A program made the translations under genes and the position numbers. The notes beneath the pieces are model-generated. The model made no database searches, was not told the DNA's origin, and saw nothing but the letters and a program-made list of their open reading frames with translations. From positions 1,536,001 through 1,600,000 of the forward strand of contig OY970176.1 in assembly GCA_963707955.1 (NCBI GenBank): a DNA stretch of 64,000 nt. The letters are read 5' to 3'. Below, piece after piece: positions 50,940 to 59,843 of this stretch (within the stretch, counting starts at the first letter, position 1; each line of letters opens with the position of its first letter). The stretch is from Candidatus Bathyarchaeota archaeon. Its GTDB lineage: Archaea; Thermoproteota; Bathyarchaeia; Bathyarchaeales; Bathycorpusculaceae.

Positions 50940-51711
50940 TTGCCCCTTCCACTGGTTGAGCGATCTAAGGAAGAGATAGCTAAAGCTATTCGAAAGAAAG
51001 TTGAAGCCATAAACAGGGTCAGAGGGATTCGCCACCTCGATGTTCGAATAAGTGGGAAAAGACTTGACGTGGATGTTCACGTGTTCTTGGACAATGACCT
51101 CAAAAGCGAGGATACGCACGGGGTTGCTCTTGACATTGAAAGAGTCGTGAGAAACGCATATCCCAATGCGCGGGTTTCAGTCGACACGGAACCTCTTGGA
51201 CCAGGCCAAAATGGTGTCTGGAAGGCCGTCAAGGATGCGGCGGAAGAAACACAGGGTTCAAGGGGCGTTCACAACATTCACATTCAAAGAATTGACGGAA
51301 AACTGTACGTCGATCTTCATCTGGAGGTAAGCGCGAACATGACAGTGAAAGAGGCGCACGATGTTGCTGAACAAGTCGAGGACAAGATAAGAGTAACGAA
51401 GCCAGAAATATCAGAAGTAACTGTTCACATTGAATCGGCATCAGACCGCATCTCAAGAGAGTTGGCAGGGGTCGAAACCGAGACTGGAATCATACATTAA
51501 GCATGTCGCCAAGCAATTTCCAGAAATCCAGAGTGTCTCAGGAATCGGGGTCCGTAAAGCTGGCGAGGGCATACACTTGACTCTTCAATGTCGTTTCGAG
51601 CCTGAACTTAGCATAAAAAAAGCGCATGAAGTCTCCAGCAAGCTGGAGAAAGCACTCAGAACTGCTTACCCTAAGATAACTAGGATAGATGTCCATGAAG
51701 AGCCGGCTTAG
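50940..51711 (+). CDS. Soluble protein of three tandem cation-efflux dimerization (ZT_dimer) domains; 1-nt insertion near 51483
   Basis: Three repeats of VDxH...AH.V...V.VHxEP; GVETE joins LESYIKHV in the next frame; no TMs. Confidence 0.8.
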
Positions 51712-51891
51712 GTCATACCGATTTTTCTTCAATGCTCTGCATCGTTGCGGGTTGCGAAATGCCTATATCTGTCTCTAGTCTTTAATGGAAGCTACAAGCC
51801 CTATTATGCGCGATAAGGTGGTTCTGATCGAGGCGGATTCAAGAATACGGCAAATGAGAAAACAATCGACGCACGCAAAGACTGCTGGTCT

Positions 51892-54432
51892 ATGTCCCCT
51901 GTGGATGCCTACCATTGCCTTGAAACCAATGAAAAGGGTCTGTCTGAACAAGAAGCTCAACGGCGCCTGAAGACATACGGATACAACGAGCTGGAAAGAT
52001 CGAAATTCGGCTGGGCTCCGATTCTTCTTAGACAATTCAAGAATCCAATATTCGTCATTCTAATCGCATGTGCCGCTGTGTCATGGCTCTTCGCCACGAT
52101 TGATCAGGCAATATCCATACTTTTGATGATTGTCATAGCCGTGGTCTTGGGCTTCATCAACGAGTACAGAGCTGAGAAGACCGTTCACGACCTTCAGAAG
52201 CGTGTATCTATCAGGGCTGTCGTCATAAGAAACGCCAAGCCTTCCGAAATTGAATCGAGGCTTCTTGTTCCTGGAGATCTTGTCTCTTTCTACGTGGGAG
52301 ACATCGTCCCAGCAGACATGAGGATAGTTGAATCCACTGACCTTCACGTTAATGAAGCAACACTCACAGGAGAATCTTTTCCTGTTGAAAAGAGCTCTGA
52401 AGGTCTCGATGTTCAGCATCCCACGCCTCAGCAGTTGACAAACTGCATGTTCATGGGCAGCGTTGTGGCAAACGGGAGCGGTCGAGGCATCGTCGTGTCG
52501 ACCGGAAAAAACTCGGAGTTCGGATCGATATCCAAGAGCCTAATTCGATCCCACCCTGAAACCCCCTTTCAAAGGGGTGTCAGGAGTTATGGAAACATGC
52601 TTCTTACACTTACGCTTGCGCTCGTATTGGGAATATTCACAATTAACGCTGCTCTTGGTCATAACATGATCAATTCTCTGCTTTTCTCTCTCGCAGTCGC
52701 CGTCGGGCTTGTGCCCGAGCTGATGCCTGCCATCGTAACGATCAGCCTCTCTCAAGGGGCGAGGAAACTGTCGAGGCTGAAGGTCATCGTGAAACGCTTA
52801 GTTTCGATAGAGGACTTCGGCAACATGGATGTCCTGTGCACTGACAAAACAGGAACGCTAACAGAGGGCAAGATCTCCCTAAAAGACTACTATTCACCGA
52901 GTGGAGACAAAGATCCGACGGTCATCCCCTATTCGCTGCTCTGCAACACCGCGGTTCTAGGGGAGAAGATCACTGGCAATCCAATGGATGTGGCGATCTG
53001 GGAGTACGCCATCAAGAATAGCGCACAAGAAAGTGTGACATCCTACGGTAGGATGAGCGAGATCCCATTTGACTACCAGCGGAGAATGATGTCGGTGGTA
53101 GTTAGAAAGGACAGCGATTTCATCCTCATCACTAAAGGTGCTCCAGAATCAGTTCTCTCCAGATGCGACTACTCTGAGACTCTAGGGAAGAAGGAATCAA
53201 TACGCGACGTTTTAGAGTCAATTCGCACCAAGTTCTCCGATCTCTCACTCCAGGGATACCGTGTTTTAGCAATTGCGTATCGAAGCATAGACCAGAAGAA
53301 GGCTTACACGGTTGAAGACGAGGCGAACCTAACGTTTCTAGGCCTCCTAATATTCACTGACCCCCGTAAGCAGGATGCCCATCAAGCAATCATGAAGCTG
53401 AAGGAGATGGGGGTTGACGTCAAGATACTCACAGGCGACAACGAGCTCGTAGCGAGAAAAATATGTGAGGAAGTAGATGTCCCCTGTAAAAAAATAGTAT
53501 CTGGCTCAGAATTAACTCAGATGAGCTCGACTGAAATTAAGAAAGTAGCAGAAGAGACCACAATTTTCGCTAGGATCACCCCAGAACAGAAGCTGGACAT
53601 TATCAAAGCCCTAAAGGAGAACCAGCATGTGGTGGGCTTCATGGGTGACGGAGTGAATGATGCTCCAACCCTCTACGAGGCAGACGTGGGCATATCGGTC
53701 GACACAGCGGTTGATGTCTCGAAAGACGCAGCGGATATTGTGCTTCTGGAAAAGGATCTGCCGGTGCTAGTAGATGGTATTAATGAGGGCAGAAAGATCT
53801 TCGGCAACACCATAAAGTATGTTCTGATGGGAACGAGTTCGAACTTTGGAAACATGTTCAGCGCTGCAGCAGCCTCTATCTTCCTTCCATTTCTTCCAAT
53901 GTTGCCGATTCAGATACTCTTCATGAACCTGCTGTATGACATGTCGAACATGACGATACCAACCGACAACGTTGATGAAGAGTACACTACGACGCCAAGG
54001 AAATGGGACATAGATTTCGTGCGAAAGTACACAATCTTCTTCGGCCCATTCAGTTCCGTCTATGACTTTCTCACCTTCGGCATCATGCTTTTCGTCTTCG
54101 GATGTTGGGCAGGAACAACTGGGAGCCACCTAGCAGCACTGTTTCAAAGTGCATGGTTCGTAGAATCATTCTGGACCGAGGTCTTAATCATGTTCGTCAT
54201 CAGGACTAGGCGCATCCCCTTCCTCACAAGCCGCCCAGGGAAGTGGCTAGCAGGATTCATAATAGGGTTCGTCGTGTTCGGAACCATATTGCCATTCACA
54301 CCTTTCGGCAGCTTCTTGGGAATGGTGCCTCTTCCAGCCGAATTCTGGATTCTAGTCGCACTTATGACAGTTACCTATCTGTTTCTTGTGGACGCTGGCA
54401 AAGTGTTCTTCTACAAGATATGCAAGTTTTGA
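51892..54432 (+). CDS. mgtA: Mg2+-translocating P-type ATPase
   Basis: TGES, PELMP, DKTGT, GDGVNDAP, SSNFGNMFS, FLPFLPMLPIQIL, IRTRRIPF. Confidence 0.93.
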   Translation: MSPVDAYHCLETNEKGLSEQEAQRRLKTYGYNELERSKFGWAPILLRQFKNPIFVILIACAAVSWLFATIDQAISILLMIVIAVVLGFINEYRAEKTVHDLQKRVSIRAVVIRNAKPSEIESRLLVPGDLVSFYVGDIVPADMRIVESTDLHVNEATLTGESFPVEKSSEGLDVQHPTPQQLTNCMFMGSVVANGSGRGIVVSTGKNSEFGSISKSLIRSHPETPFQRGVRSYGNMLLTLTLALVLGIFTINAALGHNMINSLLFSLAVAVGLVPELMPAIVTISLSQGARKLSRLKVIVKRLVSIEDFGNMDVLCTDKTGTLTEGKISLKDYYSPSGDKDPTVIPYSLLCNTAVLGEKITGNPMDVAIWEYAIKNSAQESVTSYGRMSEIPFDYQRRMMSVVVRKDSDFILITKGAPESVLSRCDYSETLGKKESIRDVLESIRTKFSDLSLQGYRVLAIAYRSIDQKKAYTVEDEANLTFLGLLIFTDPRKQDAHQAIMKLKEMGVDVKILTGDNELVARKICEEVDVPCKKIVSGSELTQMSSTEIKKVAEETTIFARITPEQKLDIIKALKENQHVVGFMGDGVNDAPTLYEADVGISVDTAVDVSKDAADIVLLEKDLPVLVDGINEGRKIFGNTIKYVLMGTSSNFGNMFSAAAASIFLPFLPMLPIQILFMNLLYDMSNMTIPTDNVDEEYTTTPRKWDIDFVRKYTIFFGPFSSVYDFLTFGIMLFVFGCWAGTTGSHLAALFQSAWFVESFWTEVLIMFVIRTRRIPFLTSRPGKWLAGFIIGFVVFGTILPFTPFGSFLGMVPLPAEFWILVALMTVTYLFLVDAGKVFFYKICKF

Positions 54433-54443
54433 AGGAGGAAATC

Positions 54444-54890
54444 GTGTTGACTATTGACCTTTTCACTTGGTGGGCTATCAGCATTTCCTGGAGCATCGCT
54501 TTTCTAATAGTGGCCGGCTTTTACCTCTACGCGAGCAGCAGAGCTAAGCGCAAAGAGGATACGCGGGAAGAAAGCAAACGAGAGAAGAATGATGAGCATT
54601 CAGTTAGAGCGCGCGGGTACAAAACTCAATTGAAAGCAACGGCACGAAGCATAGCCAAAAACTTCATTTTTACTTGGATTCTGCTGGGTCTTCTTGTTTT
54701 CTACATCTTCTCAGTCCAGCTGGGCACAGGCAAGCTGTCTGAGGCGGTTTTCGCCGTGGGCAACATCGTTGTGGAAGCCCTCTTAGTCTTTTATTTGCTT
54801 AGGAACAGGGATAAAATGCCTGCCAAAGAACAGACGGAAAAGGCAGGACGAGAATTGCATGCTGAAGCGCGCGCTCCAACAGAGAATTGA
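54444..54890 (+). CDS. Hypothetical membrane protein (3 TM)
   Basis: GGAGG RBS then GTG/TTG at 54444; the upstream part of the listed ORF overlaps mgtA. Confidence 0.7.
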   Translation: MLTIDLFTWWAISISWSIAFLIVAGFYLYASSRAKRKEDTREESKREKNDEHSVRARGYKTQLKATARSIAKNFIFTWILLGLLVFYIFSVQLGTGKLSEAVFAVGNIVVEALLVFYLLRNRDKMPAKEQTEKAGRELHAEARAPTEN

Positions 54891-54971
54891 AACATGAAAA
54901 AGCAAGCCTGTAAAGTTTTCGCGGCAAATTGCAAGACTCAGAAACCGCTTCACCTCTCGCGCGCGCATTAT

Positions 54972-55865
54972 CTAGACGGGTGGCGGCGGAGGAAGTGGCT
55001 GAGGCGGTTCTTCAGGACTCTTTTCTTTCCCGATCCGTGCTAGGACGATGGCGGCGACTAGGAGCACGAGAAGCACAACCACGATGGGCAAGTATTTCTC
55101 GTAGTCTTCCCACAGGCTGGTTACTAGAGGAGTAACCGTTGGAGGGGGAACAGTGCCTTCGGTCAACATCACGTAAGGCACATCGAACGGCAGCTGAACG
55201 CTCTGGTTGAAGACTCCTCTATAGAGCTCCGCGAATCCGTAAACGTCAAGTGTTGAAGAATAAACAACCTCGTTCTTTGACGAGGCGTAATACATCAGCT
55301 CCGGCCCGTTCAACGTGCTGGATGAAGAGGCATGCCCCAGACCAAGCGCATGTCCAAACTCATGCATCACAACGTCCTTCACGAACAAGCTGCTCGCGGT
55401 TGCGAAGCTGGTTGTTGCGTTAATAATTATTGGGGGAACCGGCTCGTGCGTTGCTAAGTCATAATCATAAGTCGTCAGGCCGACGACGCTGGAACCCGGC
55501 GGCATCTTGTCTGGAGCAAAGGTCACGAGCACATCGTAATCCTGCGTCGCGTTGACGTTGCTAACGTAGAAAACATAGCTCACCACAGGCAGCGAAGTGT
55601 CATTGAACGTTTGAGTGTAGTTCCATATGCTTTTCATCCAATCGTCCAAAGCTTCGCGGACGACAACAGCGTAGTCTGGTACGCTCCACTGGTTCATGTC
55701 AACAAGAACCCTCAGAGGAAATCTGGTCCACCTGAACTCTTCAAGCTCAATAGAATAGGAAGACTGAAGCAGCGCTGACTTCCCAGCTGACGAGGCAAAA
55801 CCCACAAGCAAAGTCCCTACTAGCAAAAGGCACAAGATCGGCTTCTCTTTGATGAACATGACCAT
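54972..55865 (-). CDS. Matrixin (M10-like) zinc metalloprotease, secreted and membrane-anchored
   Basis: HEFGHALGLGH, Met-turn LMY, signal peptide, C-terminal TM and Pro-rich tail. Confidence 0.9.
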   Translation of the reverse strand: MVMFIKEKPILCLLLVGTLLVGFASSAGKSALLQSSYSIELEEFRWTRFPLRVLVDMNQWSVPDYAVVVREALDDWMKSIWNYTQTFNDTSLPVVSYVFYVSNVNATQDYDVLVTFAPDKMPPGSSVVGLTTYDYDLATHEPVPPIIINATTSFATASSLFVKDVVMHEFGHALGLGHASSSSTLNGPELMYYASSKNEVVYSSTLDVYGFAELYRGVFNQSVQLPFDVPYVMLTEGTVPPPTVTPLVTSLWEDYEKYLPIVVVLLVLLVAAIVLARIGKEKSPEEPPQPLPPPPPV

Positions 55866-56334
55866 CTGCGAACCCTACAGGTCAGGCTTCCCGCACAGAT
55901 TCTGTCTCCAACTGGGTTCTTAAGCGTGTTTTCTCCAAAATACATATCAGAACTCCAAGACACAAAGCAAGCGCGCACGCCTGTTCCTAGATCTTCTGTT
56001 AACAATTGCAGGTCTGGGTGCCAGCGCCCGCTTCAACAGAGAGAGGTGGGGTTTACCCGTCTTGGAGGTTCAGCAGCAAAAAACGACGGGTAGGCCGAAT
56101 TTTGAAGGATCGAACACCTCACAACGTTCCCGAATCCGAATGTGCTCTTCGTGTCAGCCTAACGCCGATGCGCAGCGAGCCAGAGTCAGAAAGGGGAGGT
56201 AGCTCTTTTTTTGAAAGTCGGTCAACCTCAGGAAAAACAGACTATCACATCGGAAGTAGGAAATTTTGGAGCGCGCATGCGCACTACATGGATGTTAGGT
56301 CATGTTGGGGAGAACAGCACACCCAGTCTGTGAC

Positions 56335-57153
56335 CTAGCCTTTTCTTTCCAAGTGGCTTATCAAGCTTTCAAACACCAGTTTTCCGTCTCCGTATTCGGA
56401 CCTCCGTTTCTGTCTCGTCCAGTCTGGCTGTTGCCACCAGTAGAAGGCTCTTTCCGGATGCGGCATCAAGCCGAACACGGTTCCCTCAGGGTTGCACACA
56501 CCCACTATGTCATGAAACGACCCGTTCGGGTTTGTCGGATAAGCACCCTCTGCGTACTCGCCGCTGCTGTTGCAGTAGCGGAAGACAAGCTGATCGTTCT
56601 CGTAAAGCCTCTCCAGGCACTGCTTCTCTTTTTCTTTTGCAAACATGAACCTGCCCTCACTGTGCGCGACTGGTACGCGAAGTACCTTTCCCCTAGGAAT
56701 TTTCGACGTGAATACGCACTTTCCTCTGCTTTCATGCTTAATGCTGACCCATCTGCAGTTGTACCCTGGCGGAAAATTAGTGGCCAACGCTGCCTCAGGA
56801 TAGAGACTGATTCCTTCAAAAGCCGGAAGCAACCCTGCCTCAACGAGCACCTGAAACCCATTGCAGATGCCGAGGATCGGACGGTTTTCGTCCACAAAAA
56901 CCCTCAACTCTCTGCCCAACTTGGACATTATCCACTTCGCCCATATGGCTCCAGCTCTAACGTAGTCTCCGTAAGCGAAACCGCCTGGAAAGACCAGCGC
57001 ATCATAGTCTAACATGCTTCGCCGCTTCACCATCTCGTTCGCATGCACAACTTCGGCTTGAACGCCCAGCGCTTCGAACGCCCGTCTCGTCTCAGCATCA
57101 CAGTTCGTTCCGCCTACGCGCGAGACGCAGACCCTGATCTCTTCTCGCTTCAC
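56335..57153 (-). CDS. purQ: FGAM synthase glutaminase subunit
   Basis: GTNCD, PGGFAYGDY, GICNGFQ, NPNGS, MPHPER. Confidence 0.97.
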   Translation of the reverse strand: MKREEIRVCVSRVGGTNCDAETRRAFEALGVQAEVVHANEMVKRRSMLDYDALVFPGGFAYGDYVRAGAIWAKWIMSKLGRELRVFVDENRPILGICNGFQVLVEAGLLPAFEGISLYPEAALATNFPPGYNCRWVSIKHESRGKCVFTSKIPRGKVLRVPVAHSEGRFMFAKEKEKQCLERLYENDQLVFRYCNSSGEYAEGAYPTNPNGSFHDIVGVCNPEGTVFGLMPHPERAFYWWQQPDWTRQKRRSEYGDGKLVFESLISHLERKG

Positions 57154-57156
57154 AGC

Positions 57157-59538
57157 CTAAACCCTCCTGCTAAGCGTTCGCTTCCAACTCGCTACAAGAT
57201 CAGTGAGCGAAACGTCAACGACAACCTTGCCCGCCAACCCTGTGACACATAATCTAGGAGACTTTGTAACCCTGCCAATCTCTGCAAAAACCCTGCCTCC
57301 CATTACGGCCTCAAAGCGTTCCTTCGCCTCTCCAGAAACTTCTACGAGGAAACGACTGTTCGACTCCGAGAACAGCAGAAAATCGTCACGGTTCAACTCC
57401 TGCGAAGGAACTTTCCTCAGATCCAGCACGATCCCGTACCCACCTGCAAAAGCCATCTCCGCTGCGCTGACAGCTAAACCTCCTTCAGAAACGTCGTGAC
57501 ATGCTCTGACCAGTCCAGAATCAATCGCCTTGGTCACTGCGCCAAAGGCCTTTTTAGCCTGGTTCCTCCGCACTTTAGGCACGGTTCTTCCGATAACTCC
57601 ATTCATTCTATAGTATTCCGAACCGCCGAGCTCTTTGAAGGTTCCTCCAACGATGTAGATCAAATCGTTCGGGGCCTTGATATCCACAGACACTGCGGAG
57701 CGCACATCAGGAACTATGCCTAGAGCTGTTATCAACAGCGTCGGAGTCACCGGGCCCAGAGGTGACTCATTGTAAAGGCTATCCTTCCCCGAAATGAACG
57801 GTGTACCGTAATCAGTCGCAAAGTCATAACATGCTTCGCACGCCCTAACCAAGCTCCCAAGCCTCTCTGGCCGTTCAGGATTGCCCCAAGTAAAGTTGTC
57901 AAGAAGCGCTATTCGTCTTCCGCCCACAGCCACGTTGTTTCGCACCGCCTCATCTATGACAGAAGCAGCCATCCAGTAAGTGTCTATTTTTCCGTAGTTC
58001 GGGTTCATGCCGCACGAGATTGCTACACCCTTCCAGCTATCATCCAAAGGTTTTAACACAGCTGCATCGTTGGGACCGCCGTTCTTGCCCTGCAACGGCT
58101 TCAACACCGTGTTCCCTTTCACTTCATGATCGTACGTTCGCACAACGCTCTCTTTGCTCGCAATGTTAGGCGAAGAAAGAAGCCGCAAGACCGTTTCTGC
58201 AAGGTCTTCTTGAGCGGAAATTTCAGGCTCTTCCAAGTCTGCTGCTTTATATTTTGCCGTTTTCGTCATTCTAGGCGGTTCAAACAGAAATAAGATGTCC
58301 ATTTCTGCAACTTTTAGGCCGTGAAAGCTCAGTCTTAGTGTTTTGTTTGAGGTCAACTTTCCAATAGCAGCGGCTTCAACGTCTTCACCTCTAAAGACAG
58401 CTAACAAACGTGCGAGGTTTTCAGGCGGCGCTGTCAGGAGCATTCTTTCTTGAGATTCTGAAACGTAAATTTCCCATGGGCATAGGTCCGCATATTTCAA
58501 GGGAACTCTTTCAAGCTTCACCGTAGCGCCACAGTCAAACTTTTTCGCGGTTTCGCCCACGGCAGAGGATAGACCACCACCGCCTAAGTCTGTGATTGCA
58601 GATGCCAACCCGAGGTCTCGGATTTTGATTATTGCCCTCTTGAGCTTTTCCTCCTCGATCGGGTTGGCTATCTGAACTGCAGGGCGAGAAACCTCCTCTG
58701 ATTTTTCCGTCAGTTCAGCAGAGGCGAAGGTCACGCCGTGTATGCCGTCCCGGCCAGTTTTCCCGCCCGCCAAAACGATGACCTCATTCGATTTCGCGTC
58801 TTTCCTAAACTTCTTGAGTGGAAGGAGCCCAACGCATCCGCAGTAGACCACGACATTCCCAACGTAGCTTTCATCGAAGTATATGGCCCCGTTTACCGTT
58901 GGAATTCCCATGTTATTACCGTAGCTTCCTATGCCAGCGACGACACCCATGTAAACGTATTTTGGATGCTTAACCCCAGCTGGAAGTTTCTCATAATCAA
59001 AATCCAACGGTCCAAATCCCAAGACATCAGTGCACGCGATCGGATCCGCCCAAACGCCTAAAATGTCCCGGATAACACCGCCTGTTCCAGTTGCTGCCCC
59101 TCCGAAAGGTTCTACTGCAGATGGGTGATTATGCGTTTCAACTTTGATTGCTACTCCGTAACCCTTGTCGAAATCGACTATACCAGCATTATCTTCAAAA
59201 ACAGAGAAGCACCAGGACGGGTTGATTTCCTCCACAACTTTCTCTATGTACTTTTTGAACAGGCTGTCGATTTCCTTCTCGCCGAATTTTATCTTGCCCT
59301 TGAAAGTTTTGTGGAAACAGTGCTCTGACCACGTCTGTCCTATTGTTTGAAGCTCCACATCAGTTGGATTCCGTCTTTTTTTTGCGAAATACTGTTTGGC
59401 AAGATTCATTTCTTCCAAGTTCAGGCCGATGCCGAGTTCACGGCTTATCTCAACAAGTTGCTCGTTTGTTGCATTGTGAAGATTAACTTCAAAGAAGGGA
59501 AAAGGGGTTTCTCTGCGGATGTAAAGACTTGTGGTCAT
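57157..59538 (-). CDS. purL: FGAM synthase synthetase subunit
   Basis: WSEHC, KVETHNHPS, DLGGGG, SESQERM, HDVSEGG. Confidence 0.98.
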   Translation of the reverse strand: MTTSLYIRRETPFPFFEVNLHNATNEQLVEISRELGIGLNLEEMNLAKQYFAKKRRNPTDVELQTIGQTWSEHCFHKTFKGKIKFGEKEIDSLFKKYIEKVVEEINPSWCFSVFEDNAGIVDFDKGYGVAIKVETHNHPSAVEPFGGAATGTGGVIRDILGVWADPIACTDVLGFGPLDFDYEKLPAGVKHPKYVYMGVVAGIGSYGNNMGIPTVNGAIYFDESYVGNVVVYCGCVGLLPLKKFRKDAKSNEVIVLAGGKTGRDGIHGVTFASAELTEKSEEVSRPAVQIANPIEEEKLKRAIIKIRDLGLASAITDLGGGGLSSAVGETAKKFDCGATVKLERVPLKYADLCPWEIYVSESQERMLLTAPPENLARLLAVFRGEDVEAAAIGKLTSNKTLRLSFHGLKVAEMDILFLFEPPRMTKTAKYKAADLEEPEISAQEDLAETVLRLLSSPNIASKESVVRTYDHEVKGNTVLKPLQGKNGGPNDAAVLKPLDDSWKGVAISCGMNPNYGKIDTYWMAASVIDEAVRNNVAVGGRRIALLDNFTWGNPERPERLGSLVRACEACYDFATDYGTPFISGKDSLYNESPLGPVTPTLLITALGIVPDVRSAVSVDIKAPNDLIYIVGGTFKELGGSEYYRMNGVIGRTVPKVRRNQAKKAFGAVTKAIDSGLVRACHDVSEGGLAVSAAEMAFAGGYGIVLDLRKVPSQELNRDDFLLFSESNSRFLVEVSGEAKERFEAVMGGRVFAEIGRVTKSPRLCVTGLAGKVVVDVSLTDLVASWKRTLSRRV

Positions 59539-59786
59539 CGCTTTTCCTCAATGTTGACCGAGTAATTGTCCTTTGTTGGATTTGCCAGGAGCCTCTTGCA
59601 CATCTCTTCAGCTTCAGTTTTAGCCTCCTTCTTTGACCGAGCTTCAAGAGTGACGGTGTAGACTTTGCTGACATTAGCAGTTTCAATTTCATAGCCAAGC
59701 TCTTTTAATAATTGTGCGGTCGTCTCGCCTTCAGGGTCGCTGTGCCCGGGCTTCAAGCTTACCTCGATTCTCAGGCGATATTTCAT
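59535..59786 (-). CDS. purS: FGAM synthase PurS subunit
   Basis: LKPGHSDPEG, MCKRLLANP. Confidence 0.95.
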   Translation of the reverse strand: MKYRLRIEVSLKPGHSDPEGETTAQLLKELGYEIETANVSKVYTVTLEARSKKEAKTEAEEMCKRLLANPTKDNYSVNIEEKR

Positions 59787-59843
59787 AGGCTAAGCTTGGG
59801 CCAAAATGGATTTAAACGCTTTTGCCACCATCAGAGCAAACTG

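Noticed and set aside
55971-56338. RNase P RNA, SRP RNA or the 110-aa ORF at 56006
   Set aside because: RNase P and SRP signature motifs not found on either strand; the ORF has no RBS or protein-like features
56302-57012. Long antisense ORFs (this one, 27020-27649, 2498-3064, 3641-4192 and similar)
   Set aside because: Shadows of well-supported genes on the opposite strand
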